The notes under the pieces were generated by a model that searched no databases, was not told where the DNA came from, and saw only the letters and a list, made by a program, of their open reading frames with translations. This document shows positions 9,294 through 20,951 of a stretch of 64,000 nt of DNA, in pieces. The position numbers were made by a program, and so were the translations under genes. Each line of letters opens with the position of its first letter. Position 1 is the stretch's first letter. Origin of the DNA: Polyangia bacterium (GTDB taxonomy: Bacteria; Myxococcota_A; Polyangia; Fen-1088); NCBI GenBank assembly GCA_036500205.1, contig DASYCK010000172.1:3967-67966 (forward strand), in the 5' to 3' direction.

Positions 9294-10550
9294 ATGCTGC
9301 GGGCCCCCCGCATGGCTTCCACCCCCGCCCGAGACCCCGCGCCCCGTAAGGCGAGCGCACCGTTCGAAGGTGAATTCGAGATCGCCTCGCTGGACGACTT
9401 CGGGCGCGGTCTGACGTCCATGGCCACGTCCACGTCTGGGTCCGGCGCGGCGGTGCGCATCCCCTTCACGCTCCCTGGCGAGCGGGTCCGCGCCAGGCTC
9501 TGGCGCCAGGACGTGCCCGTGGCCGAGGGGGACCTCCTCGAGGTCCTGCGCCCCTCCCCCGAGCGAATCGCGCCGGCCTGCCCGCTCTTCGGCGCCTGCG
9601 GCGGGTGCCAGATCCAACATCTCCCCTACCCGTCCCAGCTGGCCTGGAAGACGACCGTGGTCCGCCAGCAGCTCGCGGCGGCGGGACTGAAGGTCGAGGT
9701 GACTGACTGTGTCGCGTCGCCGCGCGCCTACGGATACCGCTCGAAGATCACGCCTCACCATGAGAAGCCGCGCGGCGGGCGCCCGCTGGCGATCGGCTTT
9801 CTGAAGGTTGGCCGGCGGCACGACGTGGTCGACGTCGAGCGGTGCCCCCTGGCCACCGAGGGGATCAACGCTCACCTGCCGGCGTTTCGCGCGGAGATCG
9901 CCGCCGCGGCGACCGAGCGCCGGCGGGGGTCGACGTTCCTGATTCGCGAGGCGGCCTCGGGCGTGACGACCGATCCCGACGCCCGCGTCACCGAGCGTGT
10001 CGGCCCGCTGGCGCTGGAGTTCTTCGCGCGCGAGTTCTTCCAGAACAACCCCTTCCTGCTGCCCCGCCTGGTCGAGTTCGTCATCGAATCGGCCGCCGCC
10101 AGCGGCGCCGTGCGGCTGGTCGACACGTACAGCGGCAGCGGCCTGTTCGCCCTGGCCGCCGCGACCCGATTTCAGGAGGTCACGGGCGTCGAGGTGAGCG
10201 CCGGCGCCATCGCCGCCGCTCGCCAGAACGCCGCCCGCAACGACCTCACGAACGTGCGCTTCGTGGCCGCCGACTCGTCCCGGGTCTTCGCGGAGCTGCC
10301 GCTGCCCGCCAGCGACGCCGCCGTCATCATCGATCCACCGCGCAAGGGATGCGACGACAAGTTCCTGGCCCAGCTGGTCAGCTTCGCCCCGCGCGCGATC
10401 GTCTACGTGTCGTGCAACCCCGAGACGCTGGCGCGCGATCTGTTCCAGCTCGTGGCGGCCGGCTACCGGGTGCGCGCGCTGCAGCCGTTCGACATGTTTC
10501 CGCAGACACGCCACGTGGAGTGCGTGGCGGTGCTCGACCGCGCGTCCTGA
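9294..10550 (+). CDS. rlmD: 23S rRNA (uracil-C5)-methyltransferase, RlmD/RumA family
   Basis: Fe-S cluster Cys pattern CPLFGACGGCQIQHL plus ERCPLA. SAM-fold motif VDTYSGSGLF and IIDPPRKG are present. The C-terminal YVSCNPETLARD...FDMFPQTRHVECV is typical of the TrmA/RumA family. Confidence 0.88.
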   Translation: MLRAPRMASTPARDPAPRKASAPFEGEFEIASLDDFGRGLTSMATSTSGSGAAVRIPFTLPGERVRARLWRQDVPVAEGDLLEVLRPSPERIAPACPLFGACGGCQIQHLPYPSQLAWKTTVVRQQLAAAGLKVEVTDCVASPRAYGYRSKITPHHEKPRGGRPLAIGFLKVGRRHDVVDVERCPLATEGINAHLPAFRAEIAAAATERRRGSTFLIREAASGVTTDPDARVTERVGPLALEFFAREFFQNNPFLLPRLVEFVIESAAASGAVRLVDTYSGSGLFALAAATRFQEVTGVEVSAGAIAAARQNAARNDLTNVRFVAADSSRVFAELPLPASDAAVIIDPPRKGCDDKFLAQLVSFAPRAIVYVSCNPETLARDLFQLVAAGYRVRALQPFDMFPQTRHVECVAVLDRAS

Positions 10551-10571
10551 CGAGAGCCCACGCGGACGAAC

Positions 10572-10597
10572 CCCGCGTCGATCGTGATCGACGCGGG
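10572..10597. terminator. bidirectional hairpin between convergent rlmD and GH12-like genes
   Basis: CCCGCGTCGATC-GT-GATCGACGCGGG is a perfect 12-nt inverted repeat. Confidence 0.5.
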
Positions 10598-10611
10598 AGC
10601 CGCGCCGTCCG

Positions 10612-12240
10612 CTACTTCATGGTCGCGGTGAAGTCGGTCGTCTCGAGCCCGGCGCCGCCGGTCCAGATCTCGTAGCCGGCGAAGACGTTCGTCAGGTACC
10701 ACGAGTTCATCAGGAACTTCTGGTTGTCGACCGCGTCGCGGATGAAGTCGCCCAGGTTGAACGACAGCGTGTGGATGGTGGTCGCCGCCTGGTAGGTGAT
10801 GCACGGCTTGCCGTTGCCCGAGTTGTTGCCCTCCCAGACGTTCCAGTTCTGCCCGGCGATGTTGACCGTATTCATCATCGTGCCGATGGGCTGGTTGTCG
10901 GTCGGCTTGTGGTACCACACCATCAGGAAGCCGCCGGTGGGCGACGACGCCGCCGGCTCGCCCGACGAGCTGGTGCTGAACCAGACGTCGTAGGCCGCGT
11001 TGTACGAACCGGTCGCGCCGTTCTCGGTCCAGGTCCAGCTGGTGGGCAGGCTGCCTTTCGTGATCGCGCTGACCGCCTTCGGGTTGTCGCCCGACGAATT
11101 GTTCGAGTTCTGTCCGATGAAGACCGAGGGGAACGACGCCGGATTGTTGTTCGAGCCGGTGCCGGTCTGCGTGGCGACCTTCATCTTGGTGCCGGGGCCG
11201 TAGCTGATGGTCTCCCCCGTGCGGGCGCCCCAGTCGTTGTTCTGGATGACGTACTGCTGCGAGCCGCAGCCGACCTTCGTCGTGCCGAACGGATCGGTGA
11301 TGGTGCCCATCGAGTTCGAGGGGCTCGTGCAGGTGGCGGTGCCGCCCGTGCTGCCGCCGCTTCCGGTCGAGCCGCCGTCGATGATCGGCTCGATCTTGGT
11401 GATGCAGACGTTGTAGTCACCCGCGGTGGCGGCGCCGGCCGAGACCTGAACCTGGATGTCGAACGGCGTCCCGTCGTCACCGACGGCCTTCGTGCAGCCC
11501 ATGGTGGCGGCCCAGGACGGGCACATGGCATCGGCGAAGCAGATTTTCTGGGTGATGCCGTCGGTGAACGCGCCGAGCTCGACGAAGGGGGCGATGTCCG
11601 AATCGCTCGTGCTCTGCTTGAACCCGACGCGCACCGGGGCGCCGCCCGAGTTGCCGCTCAGCGTGAAGTTGAAGCACTTCGCGGGGCCGCCGTAGGCCAT
11701 CTTCACCGGGGTGGTGCCGCCCGACGAGTTCAGCTCCATGCCCAGACCGCAGCCCCAGTTGTTCTTCGTCGAATCGTAGTTCGTCAGCGTGCCGCTGATG
11801 CAGCAACCGTTGTCGCCGCACGGGTTGGCCGGCAGGGGATTCGCGCACGACATCATGTCGCCGTAAGCATAGAAAGCGCCCTGGATCATCGGGGCGATGT
11901 CCGCGTCGCAGACCCAGCCGCCGGTGTCCACGAGGTTCGAGGCGTCGGCGGTGCAGGGGGTGCCCGTCGCGCCGCCCGAGCCGCTGCTGCTACTGCCGCC
12001 GCTGCCCGACCCGTTGCTGCCGCCCGAGCCGCTGCCGTTGCTGCCGCCGCTGCTGGCGTGGCTGCCTCCGCTGCCCGATCCGTTGCCGCCGCCGGAGCCA
12101 TTGTTGCCCCCGCTGCCGTTGCCGTTGCCACCGCCGCTCCCCGAGTTGTTCCCGCCGCTCCCATCGCCGCCAGACGATTTCGGTGTACATCCGACGAGCA
12201 ACAGACCGGTCAGCAAGACAGAGGTGAGGCACTGACGCAT
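10612..12240 (-). CDS. secreted lipoprotein: Gly/Ser/Asn linker, Cys-rich glycan-binding-like domain, GH12-fold (endoglucanase-like) domain
   Basis: Lipobox LLLVGC. A ~75-aa G/S/N linker follows. The C-terminal domain has GH12-type strands (YVIQNNDWG, FPSVFIG, SWTWT, AYDVWF, FLMVW, NWNVWEG, AGYEIWTGG). The ATG is preceded by GGAGG. Confidence 0.65.
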   Translation of the reverse strand: MRQCLTSVLLTGLLLVGCTPKSSGGDGSGGNNSGSGGGNGNGSGGNNGSGGGNGSGSGGSHASSGGSNGSGSGGSNGSGSGGSSSSGSGGATGTPCTADASNLVDTGGWVCDADIAPMIQGAFYAYGDMMSCANPLPANPCGDNGCCISGTLTNYDSTKNNWGCGLGMELNSSGGTTPVKMAYGGPAKCFNFTLSGNSGGAPVRVGFKQSTSDSDIAPFVELGAFTDGITQKICFADAMCPSWAATMGCTKAVGDDGTPFDIQVQVSAGAATAGDYNVCITKIEPIIDGGSTGSGGSTGGTATCTSPSNSMGTITDPFGTTKVGCGSQQYVIQNNDWGARTGETISYGPGTKMKVATQTGTGSNNNPASFPSVFIGQNSNNSSGDNPKAVSAITKGSLPTSWTWTENGATGSYNAAYDVWFSTSSSGEPAASSPTGGFLMVWYHKPTDNQPIGTMMNTVNIAGQNWNVWEGNNSGNGKPCITYQAATTIHTLSFNLGDFIRDAVDNQKFLMNSWYLTNVFAGYEIWTGGAGLETTDFTATMK

Positions 12241-12406
12241 GGGGAATCCTCCAAATTTCAGGGGAAACGGGGGGAATTTAGGGGGGCGAGGCGGGGCAGG
12301 ATAACACGGCCCCGCCGCGCCAAGGGGTTGGTAAGCGTACGCGCCAGAGCGGGGGTCGGCTACCGGGTCTTCACGGCCGCGCGCGTCGCGAAGCCGCCGG
12401 ATACGG

Positions 12407-13006
12407 CTAGGAAAGCAGCCCGGTCAGAAAATCCGGGTGCAGCCCCAGCTTCAGGAAACCCGCGAAACCAAACACGATTCCCAGTGACGCGAAACCGATG
12501 CCGAAGCCGAGCAGCAGACGCTTCCGCGTCAGCGCCGTGATGCCGAGCAACGCGATGGAGACCGACATCAACGCTTCGGCCAGGTCGAACTGATCGTCGT
12601 GGACGTTGAGGGCGTCGTAGTCGTCCTTGAAGCCCTTGGCCTTGGCCATGATGTCCGCCTTCTCGGTCTCGTAGCTCGTCACGCGCGAGGTGTACTCGCC
12701 GATCTTCTCGTCGAGGAGGGCGCGCGCGTCCGCCCCCAGCTCGGGGTGCATCGCCCGCTCGAGCGTGAGCTGATCCAGCGTCGACTCGGCCAGGTTCAGC
12801 TTCATGCCCTTGGCTTGATACAGCGACCACTCATCCACGCCGCTCGCCTGGTCCTGCTCCATCGCCTGGACGACGTTGCCGTCCTTGACGTTGCACAACG
12901 CCATGAACGTCGCCGTGATGGCGACCATCAACGCGATGATCGAATTCAAGCGATCGCCGCCGCCCCGTTCTACCGCCTCGCCAATCGTGTCGGCCAGCTC
13001 GCTCAT
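12407..13006 (-). CDS. DUF4337 family membrane protein
   Basis: 199 aa. It has an N-terminal TM (LNSIIALMVAITATFMAL), a central helical region (EWSLYQAKGMKLNLAES...), and two C-terminal TM segments. The layout matches DUF4337 as I recall it. Confidence 0.6.
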   Translation of the reverse strand: MSELADTIGEAVERGGGDRLNSIIALMVAITATFMALCNVKDGNVVQAMEQDQASGVDEWSLYQAKGMKLNLAESTLDQLTLERAMHPELGADARALLDEKIGEYTSRVTSYETEKADIMAKAKGFKDDYDALNVHDDQFDLAEALMSVSIALLGITALTRKRLLLGFGIGFASLGIVFGFAGFLKLGLHPDFLTGLLS

Positions 13007-13039
13007 GGCGGGCGATTGTAGCCGAGAGCGGTCGTCGCC

Positions 13040-15695
<2,656 letters not shown>

Positions 15696-15706
<11 letters not shown>

Positions 15707-16607
15707 GATGCACCTCGAATCGGCCGCCGGCGCGGCGAAGAATCCAACCGTCGAGCTCACCCTCACAAAGGAGGCCCAACACCTCGGAAAGCGGCTGACC
15801 GAGGCGGGCGGCGACGTCCTCGGCCGTGGTCGGACCACCGTCGAGCGCCCGCCGCAGCCGTTCGTTGCCCTCCGACACCGTCGCGACGGGGATGGGCACT
15901 CCGGCCAGCGCGGCCGCCACGTCGGCCGACGACGACACCGGCCAAGCGCTCCCGGCCGCCAGCAACGCATCGGCGCCGCTGCTGCCCGGGAGGGCGCACA
16001 GCCGGCGCCCCAGCCGGCGGGCGATCTTCGCCGTGATGAGCGCCCCCGAACGGGTGCGGCATTCCCCGACGATCACCACCCGCGCCAGCGCCGCCACCAG
16101 GCGGTTACGCGCCGGGAACTGCCCCTTGCGCGGCTGCACGCCCGGCCCGTACTCGGAGAGCAGGCCGCCCGTCGCGGCGATCTCCCGGAACAGGCCCACG
16201 TGGCGGTCCGGATAGACGATGTCGATGCCGCAGCCGAGCACCGCGAAGGTGGTGCCGTGGGCCGCCAGCGCGCCCCGGTGCGCGGCGGCGTCGATGCCGA
16301 GCGCGCCCCCCGAGACGATCGAGAAACCGTCCCCCGCCAGCGCGCCGGCGAGCGCGCTCACCCGACGGCACGCCTCGAGCGACGCCGAGCGCGAGCCGAC
16401 GATGGCCACCATCGCCTCGTCATGCAGGGGCAGCCGGCCGTCCACCCAGAGCGCGTCGGGCGACCAGGTCGAAAGATCGCCGAAGGAACGGGGAAAATCG
16501 GCCGCGGCGGACGGCACGGACCTCGGTCCCGGCAGAACGATCGCGGCGCGGCTCATACCCACCATTGTCGTGGGGCGGCCGATCGAGTTGTGGCGAAATT
16601 CACCCAT
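15696..16607 (-). CDS. dprA: DNA processing protein DprA (Smf)
   Basis: GSRSASLEACRRVSALAGALAGDGFSIVSGGALGIDAAAHRGAL and FPARNRLVAALA are DprA Rossmann-domain motifs. The conserved dprA-topA order supports the call. Confidence 0.9.
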
Positions 16608-16832
16608 CGTAAGAGCCGCTGGAGATAACCCCCGGAGACCGCGGGGTCAAGCAACCCCTGAAAAAGCCCTGCCATTCCAGGGCATTAGCGTCTCCGACCG
16701 GGAGCCGCGCCTCCGCGCAGGAAGATGGCGAGGGGCGAACGGGGCGATTTCGCGGCCCCATTGCTGCGTGAATTGACCCATGCCAGACTCCGTTTCACTC
16801 TCCCGCAGCTCCCTCGATCATTTCCCCCCCAA

Positions 16833-17723
16833 ATGAGCTTCCCCATGAACGTTCGGCGCAACGCTCGGTCCGTCGTTTGGCTGGTTTCGCTTCTCGCCGT
16901 CGGGATGACCGCCGCCCTCGCTGGGTGCGGTGATCCCAACCCGCGCGTCATCAAGGTAGGAAGCGGTGGGACGGTCGGCTCGGGTTCGGGCGGGACCGTC
17001 GGCTCGGGCGGTGTGGTCGGCTCGGGCGGTGTGGTCGGCTCGGGCGGCGTCATTGGCAGCGGCGGCGAGGTCGGCTCCGGCGGCGTGGCCAGCGGAGGCG
17101 GCGCGGTCGGGTCCGGCGGCACGGGCACGGCGGGCGCAGCGGGCGGCTCCATCGGCTCGACAGGCGGCGCCAGGGGGGGAGCGACGGCTTCGGGCGGCGC
17201 GGCGGGGGGCACCACCGGCTCGGGCGGCGCCGCGGGCGGCGCCACCGGCGCGGGCGGCGCCGCGGGTGGCCTGAACCTCATCACGAACGGCGACTTCTCG
17301 ATGGGCGACATGTTCTGGAGCATCGACGTCTCCAGCGTCGCCCATCAGATCACGAACGGGGCCGACTGTCTGATGATCACGGGTGGCTCGGCCACCCTGC
17401 ACCTCGGCTGGCCCGCCATGGTCGCGCAGGCGCTGAACCTCGCCGCCGGAACCTACAAGCTGTCGTACCGCGCGTCGTCGTCCGGTCCGCTCACGGTCAT
17501 GGTCCAGCCCAAGATCGGGCTCGCCGTCGATCCGTACACGGCGGACTTCCCCACCGGCTCGGCGGTGACGGACGCCGTCGGCGCCAGCCTGCAGACGTTC
17601 ACGCACATGTTCACGACCACCGCCGCCGACACGATGGCGGGCCTGGCGTTCACGATCGTGCCGGGCAGCGGCTCGCAGACGACCACCGTCTGCTTCGACG
17701 ACGTCTCGCTGGTCAAGCAGTAG
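16833..17723 (+). CDS. lipoprotein with GGxVGS repeat linker and CBM4/9-like carbohydrate-binding domain
   Basis: I prefer the internal ATG (MSFPMNVRRN...LAGC lipobox). Imperfect 6-aa repeats cover ~130 nt. The C-terminal NLITNGDFSMGDMFW...CFDDVSLVK resembles CBM_4_9 modules. Confidence 0.6.
   Translation: MSFPMNVRRNARSVVWLVSLLAVGMTAALAGCGDPNPRVIKVGSGGTVGSGSGGTVGSGGVVGSGGVVGSGGVIGSGGEVGSGGVASGGGAVGSGGTGTAGAAGGSIGSTGGARGGATASGGAAGGTTGSGGAAGGATGAGGAAGGLNLITNGDFSMGDMFWSIDVSSVAHQITNGADCLMITGGSATLHLGWPAMVAQALNLAAGTYKLSYRASSSGPLTVMVQPKIGLAVDPYTADFPTGSAVTDAVGASLQTFTHMFTTTAADTMAGLAFTIVPGSGSQTTTVCFDDVSLVKQ
16965..17093 (+). repeat. in-frame 18-nt tandem repeats (GGxVGS units)
   Basis: GGCGGTGTGGTCGGCTCG occurs as two perfect adjacent copies (17007-17042), flanked by about five diverged copies. 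Confidence 0.8.
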
Positions 17724-17786
17724 CGGTTGCTCCGGGACTCATCCGGGCACGGGCGCGTCCGGACCAGGGTGCTAGAAAGGAGCGAC

Positions 17787-18269
17787 ATGCGAACCGTCGC
17801 GTCGATGCTGCTCGTGCTCTTCTGCGCCGGAACGGCCCAGGCGCAGTCCCTCCCGGTCTCTCCACCCGCGTCTCCGACGACGCCGGCGGCGGCCGAAGCG
17901 AAGGCGCGCTACGAGCACGACAGGAAGAGCCCCGGCCTGGCGCTGACCCTGGAGGCGGTGAGCCCCATCGCCGGGATGGGCACGTACTACACGGGCACCG
18001 AGACGGACAAGGCGACGTTCCTCGCCATCACCACCGCCATCGCTGCCGGCGCGGGCGTGGGCTCGGTCCTCTGGTTGATCCACCTCGACCGCGAGCACCC
18101 GAGCGGCGGCGATCGCGCGCTCGTCGACTTCGAGCAGGCCACCGCGATCTCCCTGCTGGTCACGTCCGGCCTGGTCTACCTGCTGTCGCGCGCCTCCGGC
18201 CTGTCGCTGGCGTCGCAGGCGACCGACGGCTACAACGAGGATCTGCAGCGCCGCCTGTCGCCGCCCTGA
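17787..18269 (+). CDS. hypothetical secreted/membrane protein
   Basis: The ATG is preceded by AAAGGAG. It has a signal peptide (MRTVASMLLVLFCAGTAQA) and three predicted hydrophobic helices. No family recognised. Confidence 0.55.
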   Translation: MRTVASMLLVLFCAGTAQAQSLPVSPPASPTTPAAAEAKARYEHDRKSPGLALTLEAVSPIAGMGTYYTGTETDKATFLAITTAIAAGAGVGSVLWLIHLDREHPSGGDRALVDFEQATAISLLVTSGLVYLLSRASGLSLASQATDGYNEDLQRRLSPP

Positions 18270-18334
18270 CCGGGCGACGTTCGGAGCGGCTTGATGCGCA
18301 CGCCGATTCCGGATAGTGACGCGCCGACCGCCCG

Positions 18335-19396
18335 ATGCTTCGCCGCCTGACCCGCGATATCCTGACCTTCGATTGGTCGCAGTCCCAGCCAGGGGCCGCG
18401 CTGACCTGCCTTCCCGCGCTGGTCTTGCCGCTCGCCATCGGGGTGGCCACCGGCCATCCGCGCCAGGGCATGATGGCCGCGGCCGGCGCGTTCTCCGTCG
18501 GGTTTGGCTCGTTCCAGGCGCTGGGGGCGTCGCGCAGAACGCCCATGCTGGTGGCGACGGCGGGGATGTGTCTGTCGAGCTGGATCGGCACCTGGGGCGG
18601 TCAGTTCGCGCCCGTGACGGTGGGGCTCAGCGCGCTGTGGGGAATGATCTACGCATGGGCGTGGCGACGCGGTCCCGGCGCCTCGTGGATCGCGCTGCAG
18701 TGCCTGATCTGGCTGATCATCTCCAGCGCCTATCCAGCCAGTGGGCTCCACGCGCTGACCCGCGGCTCCTTCGTGCTGGGCGGAGGGCTTTTGCAGATGT
18801 CGCTGGTGTCGGCGGCCTGGCGGTTCACGGCGATCCCGACCGCCGTCGGCGGGGCGGCGCGCTCCGCCGAGCCGGCGCAGGCGTCCGCGTCGACCCGGGC
18901 GGTGCGCTGGCGGCAGTCGGCGCGCGTGGGCGCGTTGCTGGCGCTGGCGATGGCGCTGAGCCAGGGGTTGGCCTTGCCGAGCGGCTACTGGATCCCGATG
19001 ACGGCGGCGATCGTGACGCGGCCCGAGCTGCAGCATACGTTTCAGCGCGGCATGGCCCGCATCGTGGGGACGCTGGTGGGCGCCGCCGTTGCCACGCTGA
19101 TCGCGCTGGCGTTGCGTCCGCTGCCCGTCGTCCTGGCCGCGCTGGTGCTGCTGTTCGCCGGCGCCTGTTATCTGCTGGTTCACGTGAACTACGCCGCCTT
19201 CGCCGCCTGTTTGACGTCGTACGTGGTGTTCCTGCTGGCGATGGTGGGCGCGCCCGCGCCGGTGACCATCGCCCATCGCACCATGAACACGCTGCTGGGA
19301 GGCGCCCTGGCGGGGCTGGGACACGCCGCGTTCGTGGGACTGGCGCGCCTGCTCGACCGCAAGCGGGCGCGGCGTGCGCCGCTTCACTCGGGGTAG
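18335..19396 (+). CDS. FUSC-family (fusaric-acid-resistance-like) integral membrane protein
   Basis: Polytopic protein. GYWIPMTAAIVTRPELQHTFQRGMARIVGTLVGA matches the FUSC signature region. Confidence 0.7.
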   Translation: MLRRLTRDILTFDWSQSQPGAALTCLPALVLPLAIGVATGHPRQGMMAAAGAFSVGFGSFQALGASRRTPMLVATAGMCLSSWIGTWGGQFAPVTVGLSALWGMIYAWAWRRGPGASWIALQCLIWLIISSAYPASGLHALTRGSFVLGGGLLQMSLVSAAWRFTAIPTAVGGAARSAEPAQASASTRAVRWRQSARVGALLALAMALSQGLALPSGYWIPMTAAIVTRPELQHTFQRGMARIVGTLVGAAVATLIALALRPLPVVLAALVLLFAGACYLLVHVNYAAFAACLTSYVVFLLAMVGAPAPVTIAHRTMNTLLGGALAGLGHAAFVGLARLLDRKRARRAPLHSG

Positions 19397-20148
19397 TGCT
19401 TCTGCAGGCACTCGTTGCAGATCGAGTGCGTGAACGCCGCTTCCGTGTGCTCCGCCACGTAGGCCTGGATCTCTTCCCAAGCATCGTTCTTGGCGCGGAT
19501 CCGGTTGCAGTGCATGCAGATGGGCAGCAGGCCCCGCAGCTGCTTCAGCTCGGTGCGCGCCGACTCGAGCTCGCGCGCCGCCGTCTTCAGGCTGATGTTT
19601 CGCCAGGATGAGAACGCCAGCGCGAGCTGCACGGTGATGACGCCGACGACGAGCTGCAGGCGCGCCCCCGAGCTGGCGGCCGAGGGGAGCCGCGCCACGA
19701 TCGCCGCCAGCGCGAACACCAGCATCGAGTAGCCGATCGTCGAGCGCAAGGTCATCAACAGCGCGTTGACGGACGCCAGGATCACGAACGCGCCGATCAG
19801 GTACGGGGTGGCGATGGCGTTGCGAAAGACCAAGGAAAAGTAGTGCAGCGTCCCCACGATCGACACGCAATAGCCCATCTCGACGAGATAGCCGCCCAGC
19901 CGGGGAACGAACGACAGGCCGAAGCAGAGCGTGACGAACGCCAGGAAGGCCCCCCGCTCCCAGAGCGGGTCGACGGCGCCGGGCATGATCCAGACGTGCG
20001 CGAAGTGCCAGCTCGCGTAGACCGTCCCGCCCAACAGCAACAGCAACCGCGCCGAGACACGGGCCGAGATGCTGTGCTTCAGAGCACCGACGTGCCAGGT
20101 CGAGCTGTCCATGCGCCCCCATCCTGTGACGACCCCGCGAACGAGCAT
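19384..20148 (-). CDS. polytopic membrane protein with coiled-coil and C-terminal CxxC...H...H...CxxC module
   Basis: About six hydrophobic helices are followed by ARELESARTELKQLRGL and LPICMHCNRIRAKNDAWEEIQAYVAEHTEAAFTHSICNECLQKHYPE. The start could be ATG 20148 or ATG 20112. The 3' end overlaps the FUSC gene by 13 nt (convergent). Confidence 0.6.
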   Translation of the reverse strand: MLVRGVVTGWGRMDSSTWHVGALKHSISARVSARLLLLLGGTVYASWHFAHVWIMPGAVDPLWERGAFLAFVTLCFGLSFVPRLGGYLVEMGYCVSIVGTLHYFSLVFRNAIATPYLIGAFVILASVNALLMTLRSTIGYSMLVFALAAIVARLPSAASSGARLQLVVGVITVQLALAFSSWRNISLKTAARELESARTELKQLRGLLPICMHCNRIRAKNDAWEEIQAYVAEHTEAAFTHSICNECLQKHYPE

Positions 20149-20408
20149 CGGGTCCCCGCCGATTGTGAACCTTCCGCCGGGAAGATCAATCGTGCCGCCT
20201 GGGCCGTGCCGCCGCCTTTTCGCGCGGCACGTCACTGCGCGTGGACTTCCGTCTCGCGAAGGTTACGGTGCGGCGCCGGCGATCGGACGCAGGAGCGCGG
20301 GAGACCGGCGACCACGCCGCGACTTTTCCTCGACTCTGGATGGACCGTGGGGATTGGCTCGGCCCGTGCAAAGGGAGGCGCCGAACAAACTCACCTCCGG
20401 AGACGACC

Positions 20409-20924
20409 ATGAAGAAACTGCAGATGTGTTCCTCGCTATGTTCCTCGCTTGGATTTGGCGCCCTGCTGGCGTTCTCGACGCCGGCCCTGGCGGCGGACGC
20501 CCCCGTCACCGCCGACGTGCTCGGCAAGCTGCACGAATCGAATCAGAAAGAGATCTCGATGGGCAAGCTCGCCCAGAAGAATGGGCAATCGAAGGACGTC
20601 ACCAAGTTCGGCAAGATGCTCGTCAAGGATCACACCGCCGCCGACAAGAAGGTGGAGGCGCTGGCGAAGCAGGAGAAGCTCGATCTGCCCGCCCCCGCCC
20701 CGATGAAGGACGACGACATGCCCAAGGGCACGGGCGCGGAGTTCGACACCAACTTCGCGAAGTCGATGCTGGACGATCACAAGAAGGACATCGCCGAGGT
20801 GACCACCGCGCGCGACGGCACCACCGACGACAAGCTGAAGAAGCTACTGACCGCCATGCTCCCCACGCTTCAGAAGCACGAGGATACGGCCCAGCACATC
20901 GTCGACGCCTCGCCGAAGAAGTAA
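20409..20924 (+). CDS. DUF4142 family periplasmic protein
   Basis: Internal ATG after GGAG. Signal peptide MKKLQMCSSLCSSLGFGALLAFSTPALA. Two ferritin-like half repeats are present (EISMGKLAQKNGQSKDVTKFGKMLVKDHTAA and FDTNFAKSMLDDHKKDI...LPTLQKH). Confidence 0.7.
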   Translation: MKKLQMCSSLCSSLGFGALLAFSTPALAADAPVTADVLGKLHESNQKEISMGKLAQKNGQSKDVTKFGKMLVKDHTAADKKVEALAKQEKLDLPAPAPMKDDDMPKGTGAEFDTNFAKSMLDDHKKDIAEVTTARDGTTDDKLKKLLTAMLPTLQKHEDTAQHIVDASPKK

Positions 20925-20951
20925 CCCGGCGCTCCGCCATCGAGGCAGGCC

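Noticed and set aside
11960-12180. Highly repetitive GC-rich tract considered as a possible CRISPR or other non-coding repeat array (likewise 49680-49960).
   Set aside because: The repeats are in frame within long ORFs, encode Gly/Ser/Asn linkers, have no unique spacers of constant length, and no cas genes are nearby.
16773-16801. TTGACC-N17-CACTCT, a possible sigma-70 promoter upstream of the CBM lipoprotein gene.
   Set aside because: The -10 hexamer is poor, and myxobacterial housekeeping promoters are not well enough defined for me to call this from sequence alone.
20355-20370. TGGCTCGGCCCGTGCA, a 10/12 match to the sigma-54 consensus, 38 nt upstream of the DUF4142 gene.
   Set aside because: The -12 box is GTGCA rather than TTGCA, and chance matches of this quality are common in GC-rich DNA. 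It is worth noting, but it is not strong enough to call as a feature.
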